From positions 6,912,940 through 6,976,939 of the forward strand of contig NC_057750.1 in NCBI RefSeq assembly GCF_004010195.1: a DNA stretch of 64,000 nt. The letters run 5' to 3'. Made by a program: the position numbers and the translations under genes. Every line of letters starts with the position of its first letter. Position 1 is the stretch's first letter. This document shows, piece after piece, positions 59,876 to 64,000 of this stretch. The DNA is from Chiloscyllium plagiosum. Lineage: Eukaryota. The notes below the pieces were generated by a model, which did no database searches, was not told the DNA's origin, and saw nothing but the letters and a program-made list of their open reading frames with translations.

Positions 59876-61913
59876 GTGGATGATGACCCCAACCAAATGC
59901 TATTGCACCAATCTTTTCTCGCAGCTCCTCTGTTGTGCAACAATTTGCAAAGAGAGAAATTTCAGTAACTTCCTTTCCTTTTGAGATAAAATGACTTGAC
60001 GATTTCCTCCACCCCCGCCTTCAACCTTTCACTGTAACCACCGCCACAAGTAGGGCACATAATCTGACATACAAAGGCTTTGGGTGACATAACCCACGAG
60101 AGTTCAAACAATTAGCGGTCACAGAATTGAATTTAATTAGCTTTATTGTCACACAAATGAGTACAGTGGAAAGTTTACACATCATCACTTATGGCACCAT
60201 CTTAGGTAGCTAGATACAGATTCTTCAGTACAAGTTCTTAGGAAGAAAAAGTGTAAAATAAAGAAATAAAAAGTCCAGCATTATTGCTTGTAGGTATACA
60301 TTAGAAAACAGAAAAAGTTTTGAAGGAGACTGTTGACCTGGGTTGGCTACCAGCAGGTGGAATCTGCCCAGGAGGAAACGAGTGATCTTTCCAGAGGTGG
60401 CTTGATAATGGCAGAAACTAGCGGCCAGTTATGTCCTTAGCTGAGATGTGTCACCAATTCCCTGTTTGTAGACTGATACTTAATCGCCCATCTCAGTAGA
60501 TCTGCTAGGAAAGCACCTGACAGCCACTGTGAGTTCAGGACCCGCAAATGGCAGGGGGCATTTTAGAGAGCATAAAACTCTACTCTGCTAAAGCAACTTA
60601 GCCAGCCCTCTCCCTGAAAACCTAAATTATTTTTATCTTCGGGTGTTTAGCCTATTTCACATAGAAAGCTATAGTTGAATCTGCCCAGCCACCCTTTCAG
60701 ACACTGCCTTTCCGTACCCTTATCAGTAACTATACACTTTGCAAACACAAACTATCCTGTTCTTAATGTTTGTGGAAATGATTTGTGTTACTCATACCTT
60801 CATATTGAGAACTATATAATGCCAGATCTTTCATCGTGACTATTCTTAGTCCTGTCAAAACATCATGCAGCCAGATGGGATACTTTGCGTGTAATCCTAA
60901 ATGCTGAGCTGCTCATTTTGCACATTCTGACCAGCTCTGAGTGTTTCATTTCTCTGAAGCTTTTGTTTTATACTTTCACGGGACATTAGCAACTCTGGCA
61001 AGGCCAAGATTTATTGGTTATCTTTACTTTGCCTTGAACTGAGGGTCTTACTTGGTCATTTCACAAGATTGTTAAGAGTATAAACCATATTGCTGTGAGC
61101 CTGGAGTAACACCAGGTAAGGAAATTGTGAACCAGGACTTTTTTTTCACAGTAATTCATATTACGATCATTCCATGTTCACGATTACTGAGGCAAGCCTT
61201 CGATTGTAGGTTTTATGAATTGAATGCAATTCCTTAGCTGGCATGGTAGGATTTGAACTCATTTCTCCAGATATTAGCCTGAGTTTACCACTGCACCGTG
61301 ACCCCCCCCCCCAATTTATTCATCGTTGGCCAGTCTATAACAAACTGTAATGGGACATTGAACAGCAGATGGCAATGGTGAGGGAGTTTCCTTGACTCTG
61401 GAGTGGTGCTGTCACAGGTTCAATGGGAAGAAAAGAGCAAAGAGCCGTTATTCCTTCAGTCCAGTCGAAGTCTTAAGCTGAATGAGAGGAATATGGATAA
61501 TTGCTCCAGTATGAAACCTAAAATTTTGAGTTGGATTATTTCCCAGAAATAGAACAAGCATTGAATGATGGCAAAGCTGACAGCGCCAACGTCGACCAAA
61601 CTTCCCAAACTAAACTAGTCCCACCTGCCTGCGTTTGGCCCATATCCCTCTAAACCTTTCCTGTTCATGCACCTGTCCAAATGTATTTTAAATGTTGTGA
61701 TTGTACCTGCATCTGCCACTTTCTCTGGTCGTTTATTTCACACATGAACCACCCTCTGTGTAAAAATCTGTGTAAAAAAGTTGCCCCTCAGAGCCATGGT
61801 GAATCACATAACTCGCACTTTGGATAGGACTTTAAACTAAATAGTGCGGTGATGGGTTCAGTTACACAGAAAATTATGAAAAAAATGTTAAAGGAGGGAA
61901 GGGTGGAAGTTTT

Positions 61914-62200
61914 GATTAGATTCTCTACAGTATGGAAGCAGGCCGTTCGGCCCAGCAAGTCCACACTGACCCTCCGAAGAGTAACCCACCCAGACCTATT
62001 CCCCTACCTTATATTTACCCCTGATTACGGGCAATTTAGCGTGGCCAATTCACCTAACCTGCACACCTTTGGATTGTGGGAGGAAAACGGAGCACCCGGA
62101 GGAAACCCACGCAGACACGGGGAGAATGTGCAAACTCCACTTGGGCCGAAGGGCCTGTTTCCACACTGTAAGTAATCTAATCTAATCTAATCTAATCTAA
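61914..62200. mobile_element. Two HE1-like SINE pieces fused in opposite orientation
   Basis: Minus-strand copy 61914-62140 lacking its head, joined to a plus-strand tail 62141-62200 ending (TAATC)n. Confidence 0.8.
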
Positions 62201-62789
62201 TATTTAAAAGGCATCTGCATAGGAAGGGTTTAGAGGGATATGGGCCAAATGCTGGCAAATGGGAGTAGATGAATTTAGGATATCAGGTCAGCATGGATGA
62301 GTTGGACTGAAGGGTCTGTTTCCGTGCTGTACAACTCTATGAGTCTGTGGCTCAGCAGAGGTTAGTAAAGTTTCTAAAACAAGTAATAGGGCAGAGGGTA
62401 TGGAAAGCATCAGCAATCTAATTTAGGCAGAGGCGCATGGACAAGTTGGACCAAAGGGTCTGTTTCCATGCTGTATGACTCTATGATTGTCAGATTTCCT
62501 TCCCCAAAGGGCATTTGTGAGCCAGATGGGTTTTTAAGGTCTCTTTCCATTATGCACAATGGGTGCAAGGATATTCCTCCGGAATAAGGCGCACAATGAC
62601 ACCTGAACCCACAGAGTTGTCAAGTGGCTGCACAGAAGTGGCCAGACTCATGTTGTTGAACCAGCAGTTGGAGGGCGGCCTCAGAAAATGGTTCACAGGG
62701 CGAGTTGCACAAAGCCAGAAGGCTGGTAGACAGTTGGGAGGCAAGCAAATCACTCAGTGGCATTTCAGAGCCTGAAATAAAACAAAGTA

Positions 62790-63755
62790 CAAAGAAAATT
62801 ACAGCACAGCAACTAGCCCTTTGGCCCTCCAGGGCTGCACCAATCCAGATCCTCTATCTAAACCTGTCACCTATTTTCCAAGGATCTGTATCTCTCTGCT
62901 CCCTGCCCTTTCACGTATCTGTCTAGATACATCTTAAATGACACTACTGTGTCTGCTTCTACCACCTCCACTGGCAACACGTTCCAGGCACCCACCACCA
63001 TATGTGTAAAAAATATTCCATGCATATCTCCCTTAAACTTTTCCCCTCTCACCTTGAACACATGACCCCTAGTAATTGAGTCCCCCATTCTGGGGAAAAA
63101 AGCTTCTTGCTATCTACCCTGTCTGTACCTCATATGAGTTTGTAGACCTCAATCAGGTCCCCACTCAACCTCCATCTTTCTAATGAAAATAATCTTAATC
63201 TACTCAACCTCTGTTCATAGCTAGTGCCCTCCATACCAGGCAATATCCTGGTGAACCTCCTCTGCACTCTCTATGGCTGATCTTTTTGTGAACTCAGCTG
63301 CACTCACCTGCCCACTCACTGCAACCCTTAATTCCTTTACAGTTCAAAAATTTATCTGTCTTCACCTTAAAAACATTCAACGAGGTAGTCTCGTCTGCTT
63401 CACTGGGCAGGGAATTCCACAGATTCACAACCCTTTAAAGTTCCTCCTCAGCTCAGTCCTAAACCCGCTCCCCCTTATTTTGAGGCTATGCCCCCAGTTA
63501 TAGTTTCACTCGCCAGTGGAAACAGCCTCCCTTGCTCAACCTTATCTACTCCCTTTGTGATTTTATATGTTTCTATAAGATCCTTCCTCATTCTTCTAAA
63601 TTCGAATGAGTCAAGTTCCATTCTACACAGTCTCTCCTCATAAGCCAATCCTCTCAACTCCGGAATCAGTGAACTAGTGAACCTCCTCTCCAACCCTTGT
63701 AGTGCCAGTGCATCCTTTCTCAAGGAGACCAAAACTGTACACAGTACTCCAGATT
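62790..63755 (-). mobile_element. Two adjacent CR1 LINE 3' fragments
   Basis: ORFs 62867-63088 (TRGHVFKVRGEKF...VVGAWNVLP) and 63475-63810 (RRMRKDLIETYKI). Confidence 0.85.
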
Positions 63756-64000
63756 CTAGACTGATACTCCCATGTAGTATTGAGAGAGTTCTGCAAAGTC
63801 TGAGGTGCAATCTTCCAGATTAGCCAAGGCACCACCTACCTGCTCGGGTGTGCACAAAATACTGCATGACAGCCTTTTGAAGAAGAGCAGAGGTGTTATC
63901 ACCAATAACCTGACCAATACTGAATCCTTTATTCATCATCACAAAAACAGATTAGTCATTCATTATCACATTGCTGTATGTGGGATCTTGCTGTATGCAA

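Noticed and set aside
60345..60565. CTCF-like motifs (CCAGCAGGTGG, GGCAGGGGGCA)
   Set aside because: Partial matches only, and such matches are expected by chance in 64 kb without chromatin data.

Overview
Eukaryotic genomic DNA. The repeat content (HE1-like SINEs, HER1/CR1 LINEs, Deu-type SINEs) points to a cartilaginous fish, probably a shark; this is inferred, not proven. The only host gene I can support is the 5' part of an EML-family gene (best match EML2) on the minus strand. It has a 67-nt start-codon exon at 36463-36529 that splices in phase across a 34,210-bp intron to the 183-nt coiled-coil exon at 2070-2252. There is an RFX X-box beside the start exon and a CpG-island promoter with a probable non-coding first exon near 52.5 kb. 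Most of the rest is transposable-element debris: CR1, L2-like and Rex1/Babar LINEs, SINEs, two TG...CA LTRs with 4-bp TSDs, TA-flanked MITEs, a decayed Ty1/Copia element and many Penelope-like element (PLE) pieces. The strongest non-obvious signal is that four short repeat families (two tied to PLE coding remnants) each carry the same minimal hammerhead-ribozyme layout: CUGANGA, stem II, GAAA, a 4-nt palindrome in place of stem III, then NUH. Their stems differ between families, and their TSD-flanked, often palindromic insertions tend to break at the ribozyme. Almost all ORFs in the supplied track are repeat fragments or spurious. Two assembly gaps of about 500 N are present. Family names come from recalled motifs, not from database searches.
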